Source: Malacoraja senta (taxonomy: Eukaryota). Taken from it: a stretch of DNA of 64,000 nucleotides. The position numbers and the translations under genes were made by a program. The stretch lies in NCBI GenBank assembly GCA_038087875.1, contig CM075995.1:124001-188000 (forward strand), written 5' to 3'. Numbering within the stretch: the first letter of the stretch is position 1; every line of letters starts with the position of its first letter. The notes beneath the pieces are model-generated. The model did no database searches. It saw only the letters and a list, made by a program, of their open reading frames with translations, and was not told the origin of the DNA. Of the stretch, positions 24,931 to 39,900 are shown in pieces.

Positions 24931-27900
24931 GTAAATACACATTTCCAGACCGAAAGTTTTTGGAATTGTTCATTTTCCACATTATCTGCATTGATTAGCA
25001 GATTGATGCATTGTTCTTTCAGGTTTAGCGAGCTGTTTCTGCGTGATGTGGTTATGTTATTTATTTTTTAAACTAATCTCAAAGGATGAGGAGAGTAAGG
25101 TGGCATGAGATGAGCTGGATACATTCACAGATAAAATTCTGGTAAAATTATCCAGATATATGTTGTTACTGCATCAACATGTTGAGGGCTGCAATAGGTT
25201 TAATTTATCGTTGGGTTCCATTGTCACACGGGAGGCCTGGTCCCCCAACACAATATTCCACCACTCACCCATAGCCCCCAACTGTTCAGGCGCAGCTGAC
25301 AGGTTCCCGTTGTGACACCCCTGATCCCCCTTCCTCCCCTCCCCCAATCTCTCCCTCCCTCCTTTCCCCGACCCTCAGTCACTCCCTCCCTCCCTCCATA
25401 ACTCCTCTCCCCTCCCTACCCCCCTCCTATACCACTATCCCCCACTCCTCACCCCCTAACCCCCCCACTCACCCTCCCCCACTTTCCCCCCTCTCCCTCG
25501 TCTCCCTCGATCCCCCTACTCTCCCTCAATCCCTCCAATCTCCCTCCTCACCTCCCCAGGATCTCGAGGTTACGGCCGTCGGCTTCAGCGCCCGGCCCCG
25601 GTCTCAGCGCGGCCTCCGGGCTCCCGGACTCAGAGCGGTTTCAGGCTCACGGACTCAGCGTGGCTTCCGGGCTTCCGGCTTTATTCTCCTCACCCCGGTG
25701 ATTGACATCGCGTGCCAGAAGGGGCTTAATTGTCCCGGAGAATGACAGGAGAGAAGACCAATCTTGAGACAGAAGAGGGGACCAATCTGTGCATGCGCGA
25801 TTTTTACGATTTTTAAACCTTAATAACATTTGTAATATTCCACCGATCGGAACCCAACTTGTTACACTTGCAGCACAGGAGAATGACGAGTAAGGTGGCG
25901 TAAAATGGTAGCTCTATCGGGTACCGTTTTTTTGCAAATGTAAAAACAATGCAAACCGGAAGAGCACAAGATGAGAGTTTTAGTTATGGACAGACAGACA
26001 GACAGACGGATGTCCTTGCTTCTACACAGGATGAGTTGCCCTTGAAGCATTCCATTTATGGGAAAACCATTGTCCTTCTTCTTTTTCTTGTTTTCGTGTC
26101 TATCTTGTTACAAATGTTGACCTTGCTGTCATCGTCCGTCCTGAAAAGGACGCAAGCTTCTGGCGACAATAAGTGGAAGCCATCACTTGTCGCAATAGAT
26201 GATGTTGGTAGCAGAATTAGCTCAGGATACTTCCAGTTTCCAGCCCCGCGATGTTCTGCTTTGGGGCCACCATTGTCCTGAAAGTGCTTTGATCATTGAA
26301 TGTTCTTAATCATTTTATATTTCATTACAATGTAATCTTCTTGGCCTGATTTTATAGCATGATTTGAACTGTTAAATAATTTAAATGCCAAGTTTAATTT
26401 CAGAAAATACCCTGCAATAACTCTGGCCTTGATGTCAAGTATTTGTGCGCTTTAAAAATGGTAAACACAGATGTACTGAAATGCCAGGGTTCTCATGAAA
26501 CCTAACATCAAATAAAACAGACGTTATGCCTTCAGAACAATAGCAAATTAATGCAGATATCTGGTATGATTTGTTTACTCTTTAATCTGTACAGTAATGA
26601 GTCACTACTTTCAGTGTCACTGTGTAGATGTAGAACAGAAATGAAAAATTTATTAGCAACCTTCTTCATAGCGTCTTCCAGTGTGGAAATAAGCCCTTTG
26701 GCCCAACTTGCCCACACTGGCCAACATATCCCATCTACACTAGTCCCACCTGCCTGCGCTTGGCCCATATCCCTCTAAATCTGTCTTATCCACGTTCATC
26801 AAATTATTATTTTTTGAAATCATGAGCATATAGACAAAACCAACAGATTAATTTTATTATTTTAAATGTTCGGCACAGACTTGAAGGGCCGAGATGGCCT
26901 GTTTCCGTGCTGTTATGGTTATATGGTTATATGATTATTGATATCAGGTTATCAAATTCAATTTACTAACCTGATACCAGTAATATTTTGTAATTAGCTA
27001 AAATAAAGATATTATGTAGTTCACCTCATTTCAATACGTTATAGGAGTAGTAGTTCTAGCTTTGCCATAGTGTGAGCTGTGACAATTAGTAATTTGTGCA
27101 ATGGCAAAATGTTACTATTTGTTTTGTTTAAAACTATGTCAAAATGTATAACAAATCTATTCCCGCCAGTCTATTACCCAATTGTCATTCTGCAGGCTCC
27201 CACATTCCATGAGAATTTATTTTTGTTATTTAGCAGTTGGTTAACTTAACACTCCATTTATGGCCTTTTGTACATCCCTGTTTTAAATGAACTATCATTG
27301 GTGACTGCTATCTCACTCCTCTGGACTTTGCTCCCTAGATCTCTGTACATGTTTAATAGACAATAGGTGCAGGTGTAGGCCATTTGGCCCTTTGAGCCAG
27401 CACTGCCATTCAATGTGATCATGGCTGATCATCCCCAATCAGTACCCCATTCCTGCCTTCTCCCAATATCCCCTGACCCCGCTATTTTTAATGTTTTATG
27501 TGTCATTCCTAACTGTCATTGTATGTCACTTGCGGGCGGAGCACCAAGGCAAATTCCTTGTATGCGAATACTTGGCCAATAAACTTATTTATTCATTCAT
27601 TCAGCCACTTCATTTTGCGTGTTGTTAAACTTTGTTTCTGTAAAGCATCTAAAAGTATTTTACAATGATAAAGGTGCTATACAAAAATGTTATTTTTCAT
27701 TGAGAATTTTTCAAACTACTGCCCCACAAAGAAGAAATAAGAATTAATTATCCAGTTTAAGATTAATTAAATAGAATATTTATAAATTAATACTCATTTG
27801 GCATCTGAACTCCGAAAATGCCATTTTTCTATGTTGTGGGCGTGTGATATATTTTACTCCACTGATTTCTCCTAACTGTTAATTTCCAAACCTACTTTGC

Positions 27901-30900
27901 ATACTGGCTCTCTTCAAACTTAGGACTCACTGCTCAGCATGTTTTGGTGATTTTCATGATTAGAAGTATTAATTCATTGAACCCTATCATCAAATTCTTA
28001 ACTTGGATGGCTTTATGAAGCTCTGTGTTTTAAAAAATAAATATTAATATCCTATTTTAAGTTTTGAATTGTAAACAACTATCAGTGCTTATTTGTTTCT
28101 TAACTGATTGTATTTTTATAGATTGTTGCAAAAATACTTGCCTAACATTCAGAATGGAAGGAAGCAAATCAGCATTTTTTTACCACTTTGTGGAAAATCA
28201 TTAGATATAAAATGGTGAGTAAATTCATGATTGAGAATTACATTTTTAAATGTTTGGTAATTATTACTCCAGGTTATATGTTATAAAATCAAAAGGGTTC
28301 TATGATTGACTGAGGTGCGAGAGACACACGGTTGGAACACGACAAGGGTGAGGGTTGGGGTCAGAGGAGGGCAGGTGAGTGGACGAAGGCCGAGGTGAGG
28401 TCTGGTCGGGGAATAGTGGGTGTTCAGAGAGGATGAGGACTTGAGAACTATTGTATAGGTGGGGGGTGGTGGGGTATGCTGGTTGGAAGAGGAGGAAGGT
28501 GAAGACCCAATAAAACCACCACTGAGGTTGCCTGTATGGAAGAGGGTGGAGCTGTAGGACACAGGAGAGCCAGACCACGTTGTGTTGGAATCTGTAGCAT
28601 GGAGACTGTGAGTTAGTTAGTTGAGTGTTTCCACAGTTGAGTTAGTCTCACCTGTCCCATATCCCTCTAAACTTTTCCTATCCACTCACCATGAGTCATT
28701 TAAACATTGTTATAGTGCTTCTTTTTACGACATTCTCCTGCAGCTTGTTCCATGTACTCACCACCCTGAGTGTGGAAAAATTGCCCCTCAGGTTCCTATT
28801 AAAAAATTTCCCCATCTCACCTTAAACCATGTCCTCTGGTTCTTGATTCCCTTTCTCTGGGTAAAAGACTCTGTGCATTCACCCTATCTATGCCCCACCT
28901 GATTGTATTCACCTCTAGGAGATCACCCCTCAGCCTGTGCTCCTTTACCATAGAGTATTTAAGATGGTTATGTCTTTTCGTTTACATTTCTGTTAAAGAA
29001 ATATATTAAGGGTTGCAGATGTTGAATGTACTTTACTGCACAGCAGTAATAGCAAAGAAAAGAAGGAATACAGAAAATGGTTCCAGACACATTCCTTTGC
29101 ACCCTTCTCGCATAGTTTTTTGAAGAGACTTGTCCCAAGGCATTTCACATGAGCATTGTGAAAAGAAAAGAAATTTATGGGAGTAAATAACAGAAAGTGC
29201 TGGAAACACTCTGGAGGTCAAGCCACCTATTGGGAGAAACTGCATGGAAACAGGCCCTTCAGCCCACTGCGTCCATGGCAACCATTGATTGTTCTCACTA
29301 TTTCTATATTAGCCCACTTTCTCATTAACTTCCTGCTTAATAAGGACAATTTAGGATGGCCAACTAAGCGACAAACCCATACATCTTTGGGATGTTGGGG
29401 AAACCAGAGCACCTGGAGGAAACCAGGATTGAACCCAGGTATCTGGTGCTGTGATGCAACAATTTTAACAGCTTTGCCCCTGTGCCACCTTTGTGGAAAG
29501 CTAAGTGATTAATGTTCCAGCTGTTACCTTAGCTGCAACATTAATGGGCCTGTCCCACTTAGGCAACTTTGTAGGCGACTGCAGGAGACTATGCAGTCGC
29601 CACATGTTCGCGGGTGGTTGCCAGGGAGTCGCCTTCATGGTCGTGAGGAGTTCCCGCATTCTGGGAACTAGTCGCGGCCTCGTTATGTTGAAAAATTAGC
29701 GGCGACTAGAATGAAGCCGCCATGGAGAGTAGCGAGAATTCTTGTGGTGGGTCACAAGGAGGTCCTAGTGGGTAGTGGGTAGCCAGGACGTCGAAGGTTC
29801 TCGTTAGTTCTCGTAGGTTGTACCTGGTGCTGACCGGTAAATTTCATTGGCTCATTGGGGAAAAAAACATAAGCAGTAGTTTTCAGAACCAAGGATAACC
29901 GACCGGTAATGTTAATGTCCGCTGAGCTTCACAGCCATGTATCTCTGGCTTCTTAAAGGTTGTCTCCACTCCTTCCCCCTCCTTCTCCCCCATCTCCCCC
30001 CCCTCTTTTAAAGGACTTATCGTACACTGTGCTTTAGCCGTCTTAATTACAGCGCCAACCTTCCTGTTCATCGCGGTGTGGGTCTGTATCACCTTGGCTT
30101 TGCACCATGTGAATTTCACTCAGACAGCGTCCCCCCGCTAGCCCTGTCCCCCACCTGTATAATGGGCTGGTGAAGGAAGCGATGTGTGTGTGTGTTCCAC
30201 TCTGACAGTCGCCGTTCCCGTTGCCGGTTTTTCAGGCGACTGCCGGCAACTTGACAGTCGCCGGCAGTCGCTTGAAAGATTGCCTAAGTGGGACAGGCCC
30301 ATTATCTATCTGGTATCATTCCATAAATATTCCTTTTATTTTATTCAACAAACCCCATACCTTCTCTGGGATCAAAAACTATCTTGGTTTCTTCTGTTCA
30401 TCAGGTCCAAGACAGTTCTGATGAAGGGTCTTGGACCTGAATTATTCACTGTTTCACTTTCAACAGAAGCAGTCTGACCTGCAAACTCTTTCTAGCCCTT
30501 CCTGACATCTGCATTTTACTATTTTCACGACTTAATAAACATCTGAGACAAAACTTGCATGTGAGTTGATATAAGGAACCTGGATCGGGTGGCGCGGACT
30601 TACCATCGCGGAGCCTGGGATCCTTTGCCGAGGATTGCCAGTGCAGGTGCTCCAACCGCGGGGCCTGTGGAATTTAACACCATGAAGCACCGGTCTCCGA
30701 TAAGAAGAAGCCGACTCGGCAACTCCATGTTCCGATCCGTCCCGACGCTGGAGTTTCCATCATCCCGACAAGAGGGCTTGAACAACGGACCGTCGGCAGC
30801 GGTAACTGTGGAGGGTTGAACGGCCCTGACCACGGGTGAATAAGGAGGAAGATGACTGAACTTTATTGCAGTCCGTCACAGTGAGGAATGTGGATTCCAC

Positions 30901-33900
30901 TGTGGTGGATGTTTATGTTAAACTTTATTTTATGTGCTGTGTGTATTTCTGTTTTTCACTTAGTATGGCTGTACGGTAACTGAAATATCACTGTACAATT
31001 GGTGCAAGTGACAATAAATGTGTACCTGAACTTGAATTATAAAATTGTAAAACAATTGTAAGCATTTCCAATCACTTTTTGTTTGACTAAATGGGGAATT
31101 ATTGAGCTTCATTTTATAAGCGAAACAGTTGAGCTTGTAATTTATTTCATTGATGTATATAGAACTATTGTAAATTGGCTGCTTTTTTATCCCCACGTAA
31201 CCTCAAAATACTTTTGTGTGACGTCCTGGGGAATTATGTATGTAAATAAAGTTTGTGTTATATCTCTTCATATTCTTTCTCTCTAGGCTTCATGACCAAG
31301 GACATAATGTTGTTGGTGTGGAAATTTCTAAAACAGCAATTGAAGAATTTTTCACAGAGCAAAATTTGTCCTACACGCAGAATCTGGTACCAGAAATACC
31401 AGGTGCAGAAGTATTTAAGGTTAGGGCATTTCCATTTTTCGTCATTATTTAAATTGCCAAGATTATATTTAAGTTTGTTCTTTTATCGCAAGGAAATAAT
31501 TATATTTTAATTTTGTTACAACCTCATATGTAGTTGATCTTATCTGCAAGTCAGTGTCAAATAAATTTGTAGTTTACAGTAGTACAGAATTTTGCTGGCA
31601 ACATATTTACAAATGTTTTGCACAAGATCAGGACTTTAAATACTGAAGTTCTGAGCTGCTGGTTGAGCTTTGATATTCAGTATTCGGCTGCTGTCTGCAT
31701 GGAGCAGAAACCTGTTGAGATTCCTCAGAGTTGACAGTGGATCTCAGATGAAGATCTGTGAATTTACCCCCTCCCTGACTCAGTCAGATGAAGGGTTTCA
31801 ACCTGAAAAGTCACCAATTATTTTTCTCCAGAGATGCTGCCTGACCCACTGAGTTACTCCAGCCTTTTGTGTCTCTTCGGCGTAAACCAGCATCTGCAGT
31901 TCCTTCTTACACATTCTGCAGCTGCAAAGAAGAATGTCAGTGTCATTTTAGCCTGAGGTTTATGAAAACCAATATAAAACTTATGACAAAATAAAAGGAA
32001 TGGCAAAGACAAATGGTTGGTTCTACTGGGTGCTATTCTTTTTAACATCTGGTAAGGTGGCTGTGGCTACAAGATACTGATTTTGAAATGTATTTATCGG
32101 CTGAAGTTGCAGTATTTCATAGGCTGCATATTGCCTTGCAATGTATAAAGTTGATGTTCCTTGTTTTTCCCATCTTTCTCCACCATTTTCCCCTACTGAG
32201 ACTTCTGAGTTGTTTGATTGCACTGTTTGCTCTAGACATAAAGTGATTAAATGTTGACGATTTTGGTGGAATCAAACATTACAATTGTATAACTTAATTT
32301 CTGTAACTTGTTGTATGGTCCACTTCTTTGAGAGGAATAAGTAACTGAAGTCCTGATGTACTTTTGTTTACCTAAAGAGCAATCCTTAATTTTATATTTC
32401 TATTTTCATGCCATTTTATTCTTGATTTAGTTTTACACTTACTTAGCGTTAGCTTTCAGGATTTCATGACAAACAATGTTTTGTAACAATAATCTATGAA
32501 CTTTGTAGCAACAATGTGTGATATTATTGAATTATAATATATAACTTGTTAGTATCAATTTGCCTCTGACACTCTTTCTGTGCATTTAGCAACATTCTGA
32601 GCAAAACTCACTAATACCATTTGCTAAAAGTAAAGTTTTAGTTAAGTAGCAAAAACCTAAATATGTACATTGAAATATATTTAAATTCAGTCCACGTAAA
32701 CTTTGTGCACTATTAAATCTGCAGTTGTTTCATGCTGAGAACTATATTCGTAATATTATAACATTTAACACTTAAATTTATATGAAATAGAAACAGGGAA
32801 CCATTGATTAGCGATGTTACAAAACCTACCATCAGCGGCGCTGTAGATCTGCCACTGCCGGAATGTGTGATTCCCGAGGCTTTTGAGGGGGGGGGGGGAT
32901 TAAAATGCAGGTTTGCATTGGTTGCGGGCTGCTAGCTGATGAAGAAAAATCGTTCGGGCTTCCGTTCGCGTTTTTTTTTTTTAATTGCTGGACGATTTAA
33001 TTGCTGCATTAAAGTTAAACACGGCTAAAAACGCTTTCAACATCATGGATCGCAATATCAGGACAAAACAAAAGGTATGTCGTTTATTTAACATACTATT
33101 CTGCTTTTTGGTGTGGTTTCATTTTAATCTTATGATGCGAAAATGTTATTTAGGCCCACATACAAATCGGCCGTGTCTTGCCTGCCGATGTGGGCTTAAA
33201 TTTATGGCAACGGCAACATTCCAATCGATCACATTCCAGAAACATCCACTCTCAAGATTTTTTTTTTTTTTTGCACAATCATGTCATCAGAACTTCTAAA
33301 TCATCTATATTTTGTGTTATTGTCTATTCATGATCAATATTTTCATACTAAATATCCAGAGTATAGTTTTAATCAGATGTTTTGTGCAAAAAATAATGAT
33401 TTTTATTATCTTGAGAGTGGATGTTTCTGGATTAATTTATGGGAATTAAACATTAAATCCCTTCGATTTGGCACATAAATTCATGACAAAGTGAGATTTA
33501 TAAAACCATGTGATTTTGTGAATTCTTGTGTGAATGGGATCAGTTTGTTATTTGGATACTTAGGCTATTTAAAAAATTTAATCTTTTCTTAAGAAATGGA
33601 TAGATGTTTAGATCTAGTAATTGAATTTAGATGAATATATTTGAGTAGATGAATTTAATTGATTTGATGAAACTGATGAATATGATTTTTTTGTTGGGTA
33701 TTTACTATTTGTTTTAGCGTTTAATTTTATCATTCTACCTTTTTTTCTAAAACTGTAAATAATAACTTGTTTCTGTTAATGCTGTTCAGTGGTTTTTTTC
33801 CTTTACATTTTAAACAGATGTCTCCGAAGAAGAAATGCAAAATTGTCCATCCAAATGCCCAGCAAAGATTGATTTAGACAGCATTCGCAGAGATTATCCG

Positions 33901-36900
33901 AATTTGGACTACTCCAAATGTGATGATCTACAGGACATTCTTAATGGGAAAGTAGTGGGCAGAAAGGCATGTCATGCGTGGTTTGAAGACCAAAAACTTG
34001 TAGTCTACAATGCCAAAATTGAAAAGTTGAGGAAAAACAAGGTGTACAGAGTTGCTTATTGGTTACAATCTGAGGAGTATGATGATGCTACTGATTATGA
34101 TATGCCAATGTACCAGCTAGCAACTGATCTTCTCCATAAAGACTTGGTCCATTGCTAGAAATTGTAATTTCTTTACCTATCTGTTATGGACTTACATCAT
34201 ATAATACAATAATATTAAAGTTCTGATCTTGAGAATATCACATCTTTGAATTTTCAAGGCAGTCTGGGTGTTTATTACTATTTCCGTCACAACAGTCAAT
34301 TTTGTAATTAGCTACAATTAGGTAACTAACTAATTATATGCTTTAATTTCAGGTCATCCAAGTAAAATTTCATATTTGTTTCAGAATGCTTCAATCTATA
34401 ATAACTGAAAATGTCATTCAGTTCTTTTTAATTTTTAAGAAAGTTATGGGCTTTTGACTGTCCTCGATCACAGCTTTTGTGTTAAGTCAATGGAAAAGCA
34501 ATAGGGAACAAGATGATAATTTCCAAATATGAAAATTGCCATATCTTTTAAAGTACTGAAGCTATGAAAGTGAATTAGGTATCAAATTAAAGTTATTTTT
34601 ATGCTTTATATGATGGGATAAATTACAGGCTTGATTTAAAAAATCTCAAAATTTTGTAACATTCCTACATTGATGTTTGTTGACACAAAAGGACACAAAT
34701 TGCTGGAGTAACTTAAGGGCCTGTCCCACTTGACGATTTTTTTCGGCGACTGCCGGCATCATTGACGCGTATCAGGTCACCAAAAAATTTGCGGTGGTGA
34801 CGCAGCGTGATGATGTATGATGTGTAGTGTTCTCCTTTTGCAATGCCAGTACTTACCTTATCTTTAACCGACTGTTTCCATAGCATTATTTGAAATCTGA
34901 AAGTGGAGAATGTAAGATTATCTTCACTACCTTGCATTTGCTTTCTGATGTCTTGTTTACCAAGTGTCGCCACATTTTTTTGTCGCCGCTGGATTTCGAA
35001 ATGTTCAAAATCTTTTGGCGACACTGATATGACGCTGGCAGTCGCCGAAAAATTCGCCAAGTGGGACAGGCACTTTAGGCAGCATCTCTGGAGAACATGG
35101 ATAGGTGATGTTTCGGGTCTGGACCCTTCTTCAGACTGAATGTGGTGGGGTGGGGGGGGGGGGGAAGAAAGCTGGAAGATGGGAGGGGCAGAGCAAAGCC
35201 TGGCAAGTAATAAATGGATACAGGTGAGGGGGGGTTTTAATAGGCAGATGGTTGGACAATGGCAAGAGGTCAAAAGTGAGGTGTTGCATTTTGGGACCTC
35301 TAAGAAGGGCAGAACCTACACAGTGCATATTGTAGGCCTCTGGGAAGTGTTGTAGAGCAGTGGGATCTAGGAGTGCATGTGCATGGTTCCTTGAAGGTCG
35401 AGTCGCAAGTAGATAAGATGGTCAAAAAGGCTTTTGGCACATTGGCCTTCATCAGTCAGAGTATTGAGTATAGAAGTTTGGAGGTCATGTTGCAGTTGTG
35501 TAAGACATTGGTGAGATCGTATTTAGAGTATTGTGTTCAGTTCTGGGCACCATGTTATAGGAAAGATATTGTCAAGCTTGAAAGCGTTCAGAGAAGATTT
35601 ACAAGTATGTTGCCTGGACTGGTGGGTCTGAGCTATCGGGAGAGGTTGAGTAGGCTGGGTCTCTATTCCTAGGTTTGCAGAAGGTTGAGGGGTGATTTTA
35701 CAGAGGTGTATAAAATCATGAGAGGAATAAATCAGGTAGATGCACAGAATCTCTAGCCCCATGGAGCAATTGAGGACCAGAGAACATATGTTCAATGTGA
35801 AGGGGGAAAGATTTAATGGGAATCTGAGTGGTAACTTTTTCGCACAAAGTGTGGTGGGTGTATGGAACAAGCTGCCAGAAGAGGTATTTGAGGATGGGAC
35901 TATCCCAACGTTTAAAAAAGCAGTTAAACAGGTACATGGATAGGACAGGTTTGGAGGAAAATGGACCAAAGGCAGGCAGGTGGGACTAATGTAGCTGGGG
36001 CATGTTGGTCGATGAGGGCAAGTTGGGCCAAAGGGCCTGTTTCGACACTGTATCACTCTATGACTTTAACAGACAGAAGATGTGAGCCAAACGGATTGAG
36101 GGATTGAGAATTGGGGGGAAAACTTTTTTTTTATTTTATTCCACCCACCATGATACAATATAATTTAGACGAACCTCCTTTAGATGTATTTTCCAGTTTT
36201 AAATGGCCTTGTTATTTGAAATGCTTCAACCTGCCAGAATATGTTATCTGGGTAGGAGACAGGTGAGGGAACTGGAGGGAAATGAAGAAATGACACCTAG
36301 CCTCGCCTTGTATTCTTTTTGATGACAGAGTTTAGTATTTTTACCCATAGAAAGGCATGTGCTTGCTAATCAGGCTTTCATCTGACCAAAGGAGTACAAT
36401 CCTATTGATAATGCAACTGGGTGAGAAGAAAGATCAATTTCAAAATGTATTATTTTTGAAGCCAATAATCCTTTTCTTCTATTCTAGAGTTCTGATCACC
36501 GTATTTCCTTGTACAACTGTGATATTTTCAATTTTTCAAGGTGAGGACTAAATTAATTCATAGGTATACAGCATAGGGATGAAGTGCTTCAATTCACAAT
36601 ACGAGCCAACCTTTTTGCCATCTACTGTAATCCTATTTGACCCTATTTTCAAGAGAGAGTTAGATTTAGCTCCTAGGGCTAAAAGAAATCAAGGGATGTG
36701 GGTAAAAAGCAGAAATTGGGTACCGATTTTGGATGATCAGCCAGGATGGCCGTGCTGGCTCGAAGGGCCAAATGGCCTACTCCTGCATCTATTTTTATAT
36801 GTTTCTATTAGGTCTGTATCTTTGTGTGCCGTGCCTTTTGCAGTTCCTGCCTAAATGTCTCTTCCAACACCTCCTCTGGCAGATATCTACCACAGTTTAA

Positions 36901-39900
36901 AAAATAATTTTCCCTTGAATCCCTTTTAAAAACCCTTCCTCTCACCTTAAATCTATACCCTCCTGATCCCCCTCCCAAGTGAAAAAGATCCTGACCACCC
37001 TATCTGTTATTTTCACAAATTTATGTATCTCTCTCAGGTCACCTCTCAGACTCTTTTACTCCAGGGAAAACAACCCAGTCTACTAATCTCTTCTCATAAC
37101 TATAGTCCTCTAATCCAGCCAATGTCTTGGTGAATCTCCTCTGCATTCTCTCCAGCACAATCACATCTATCCTATCGTGTGGCAATTAGAACTCCAAGAC
37201 TAGCCTAACCAGCAGTTTCTATTGCTGCAAAATAATGTCCGAATTCTTATGTTGAGTGCCCTAACCTACGAAGACAAATATGCCACATTTCTTCTTTACC
37301 ACCCTATTGACCTGTGTTCCCATTTTAAGGGAACAGTGTACTTAGATCCCTCGTTCTCTGTGTTCATTAACATTCCTTAAGGCCATACCATTAATGACAT
37401 TACCGAGAGACAGCAGTATTTTTTGGTGGGGTTTTTGCACAGTCAGAAATAGATTTTATAATGTCAATGCCATATTTTGTTTGATTATTCTATTCCAAAA
37501 TTATTTTTAAAACATGTATTTTTATATCTAATGTATAGTTTGATTGCTGGAAAGTTTGATGGGATCTGGGACAGTAAATCTTTGGTAGCGATCAACCCAC
37601 CTGACCGACAACGGTGAGTAGTTTTCTGCTATTCTGGGAAGAATACAGATGCACCATAGAAAGCATTTTATCAGGATGCATCACAGCTTGGTTTGGGAAC
37701 AGCTTCATCCAAGACAGCAAGAAATTGCAACAAAATTACAGCAAATTGTGGACGCAGCCCAGACCATCACACAAACCAACCTCCCTTCTATTGACTCCAT
37801 TCATACCTCACGCTGCCTCGGCAAGGCCAGCAGCATAATCAAAGACAAGTCGCACCCTGACCACTCCCCGCTCCCATCAGGCAAACGGTACAGAAGTGTG
37901 AAAATTCACACCACCAGATTCAGGGACAGTTTCTTTCCAGCTGTTATCAACCAACCACAACCAGAGAGCAGTGCTGAACTACTATCTTCCTCTTATAGGA
38001 CCCTCGAACTATCCTTGATCGGACTTTGCTGGCTTTACCTTGCACTAAACGTTATTCCCTTGTCATGTATCTCTGTACACTATAACTATAATCATTTATT
38101 GTCTTTCTGCTGACTGGTTAGCGTGCAACAAAAGCTTTACACATGACAATAAACTAAACTGAAACTGAACTGTATTTCAGCTGAATATGAACAAAATCAC
38201 AGAACAAATAAGACATTACATCTTTTGTGAATCAATTTACATTTTAAACACCATTAATGCTTGTAATAGCGTAAGTTATGGGGGTTATCTTGGGTCCCCA
38301 CACTTGAGTTCGCGATTAGCTTATCTCCCTCACTATCAGCCATGATATACTTTGTTTCAGAACACAATTGTGAAGCACTCTGAAGGAATGCATTTGAATT
38401 CTGTTTAGCATTTCCAGGAGAACATAACTTGGATCAGAAAATGTAGATGGTGACCTTGCCAACTCGCATTCTTCTTACACCACGAATTGCATATTAGCAG
38501 CATTGATATATTAGCCCATGAGAATGTAGCTTTTTTTGTTAAAATGTATTTTAAAAATGCATTTTAACAAAACAAATATTTTAAAAGGGGGGGGGGGGGG
38601 GGAGTCAAATTAGGCGAGTTCTGATGGAAAGTCATTCATCTATAATATTAACATTTGCTCTCTTTACAAATACTTACTCTTAACACATTATATTTCTGAC
38701 CTCAAAGCTGTGGTACTTTCCTCCTCAGAAGATATAGCTTTATAATAAAGAAATAGATATAGCATGTCAGATTTATTTTTTAAATGATGTCAATATTTAC
38801 CTTGGGACAGGCTAGGCTATTTCGTTTCTGGAGCCTAGTCCATCATGGGATAATTCAGGATATGTGACCTAAATCCTGTTACCCACTCTTACACTGTGTT
38901 TCTTAACACCTTCAATTATCAAAAATACTTCAAACTTGAATTCAAAATCAATAATCTGCACAGCATCAGTTGCCATTTGCAGATATGATTTCGTAATTTC
39001 TATCACCCTCTATATATAGAAATATTTTCCAACATGACACGTGAAAAGCCTAACTCCAATTATATCATAGTTGTACTAACTTCCAAGCCTAACTAGTTGT
39101 AGTTATAATTGTACTGTATCCCCCAACATCGGCCAGCTACAACTGGAAAAATAGATTGTCTCTATCTGCCCTTAACATATCCTTCAGATAAATTATCCCT
39201 TAATTGTCCACATTTTATGAATTGCAACTCTGTGTCATTCCACTTTGTAAATTAATCCTTGGAGTTCAGTTATGTGTCTGAATGTGGTTCAACGCACTAT
39301 TGCTAACGTTTACTTTTATTGATAATTAAACCTTAAACATTTTATTACAATCAAGAAGAAATTAGATTTCTACTCTAATTGTTATATCCATATACTTGTT
39401 TACCGTTGAAAAGAAAGGCTTAAAATTATGTCCCCTTCACAACTCATGATATCCAAGCTATTTTATGGCCTTGGTTGTGTGATTTAATATTATAATGTAA
39501 AAATTGTGATTATCTTATTTTTACACAATATGCTTCTTAACCTGGATGTCAGGATAATCCTCAGCAATGCAAACTATTGCTGGATCTTTTATTCTAGTTT
39601 ATTTTGGTTGTGTATGTGTGGGGGGGTGGGAGAAACATGTTTTTGGTCTCTTCCTTCGGGGGGATGCGACCTTTTCTTGTCGTATCCCCCGTCTCCGTCT
39701 CCGTCTGCGCTGAGGCCTAATGGTGGAGCTGGCGGCCTCCAACTGGGACTGACCTCGAGGCTCCGGAGGCAGAGCCAGGACTTACCAACGCAAGGCTGGC
39801 CGACGTCCGGGCCGTGGTGGCACTGCGGCGGCGGCCCGATTTCGGAGCCTCGGAGGCTCAGCCACGGGCCCTGTGGACTCGGCCGCGAGCCCAGTGGACG

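Noticed and set aside
25023..25142. Possible extra TPMT exon (ttctttcag|...ctg|gtaaaa)
   Set aside because: TPMT exons 1 and 2 join perfectly without it, and it shows no TPMT similarity.
26050..26278. Minus-strand open frame ending [12 protein letters not shown]
   Set aside because: Weak acceptor, no recognisable domain and short enough to be chance.
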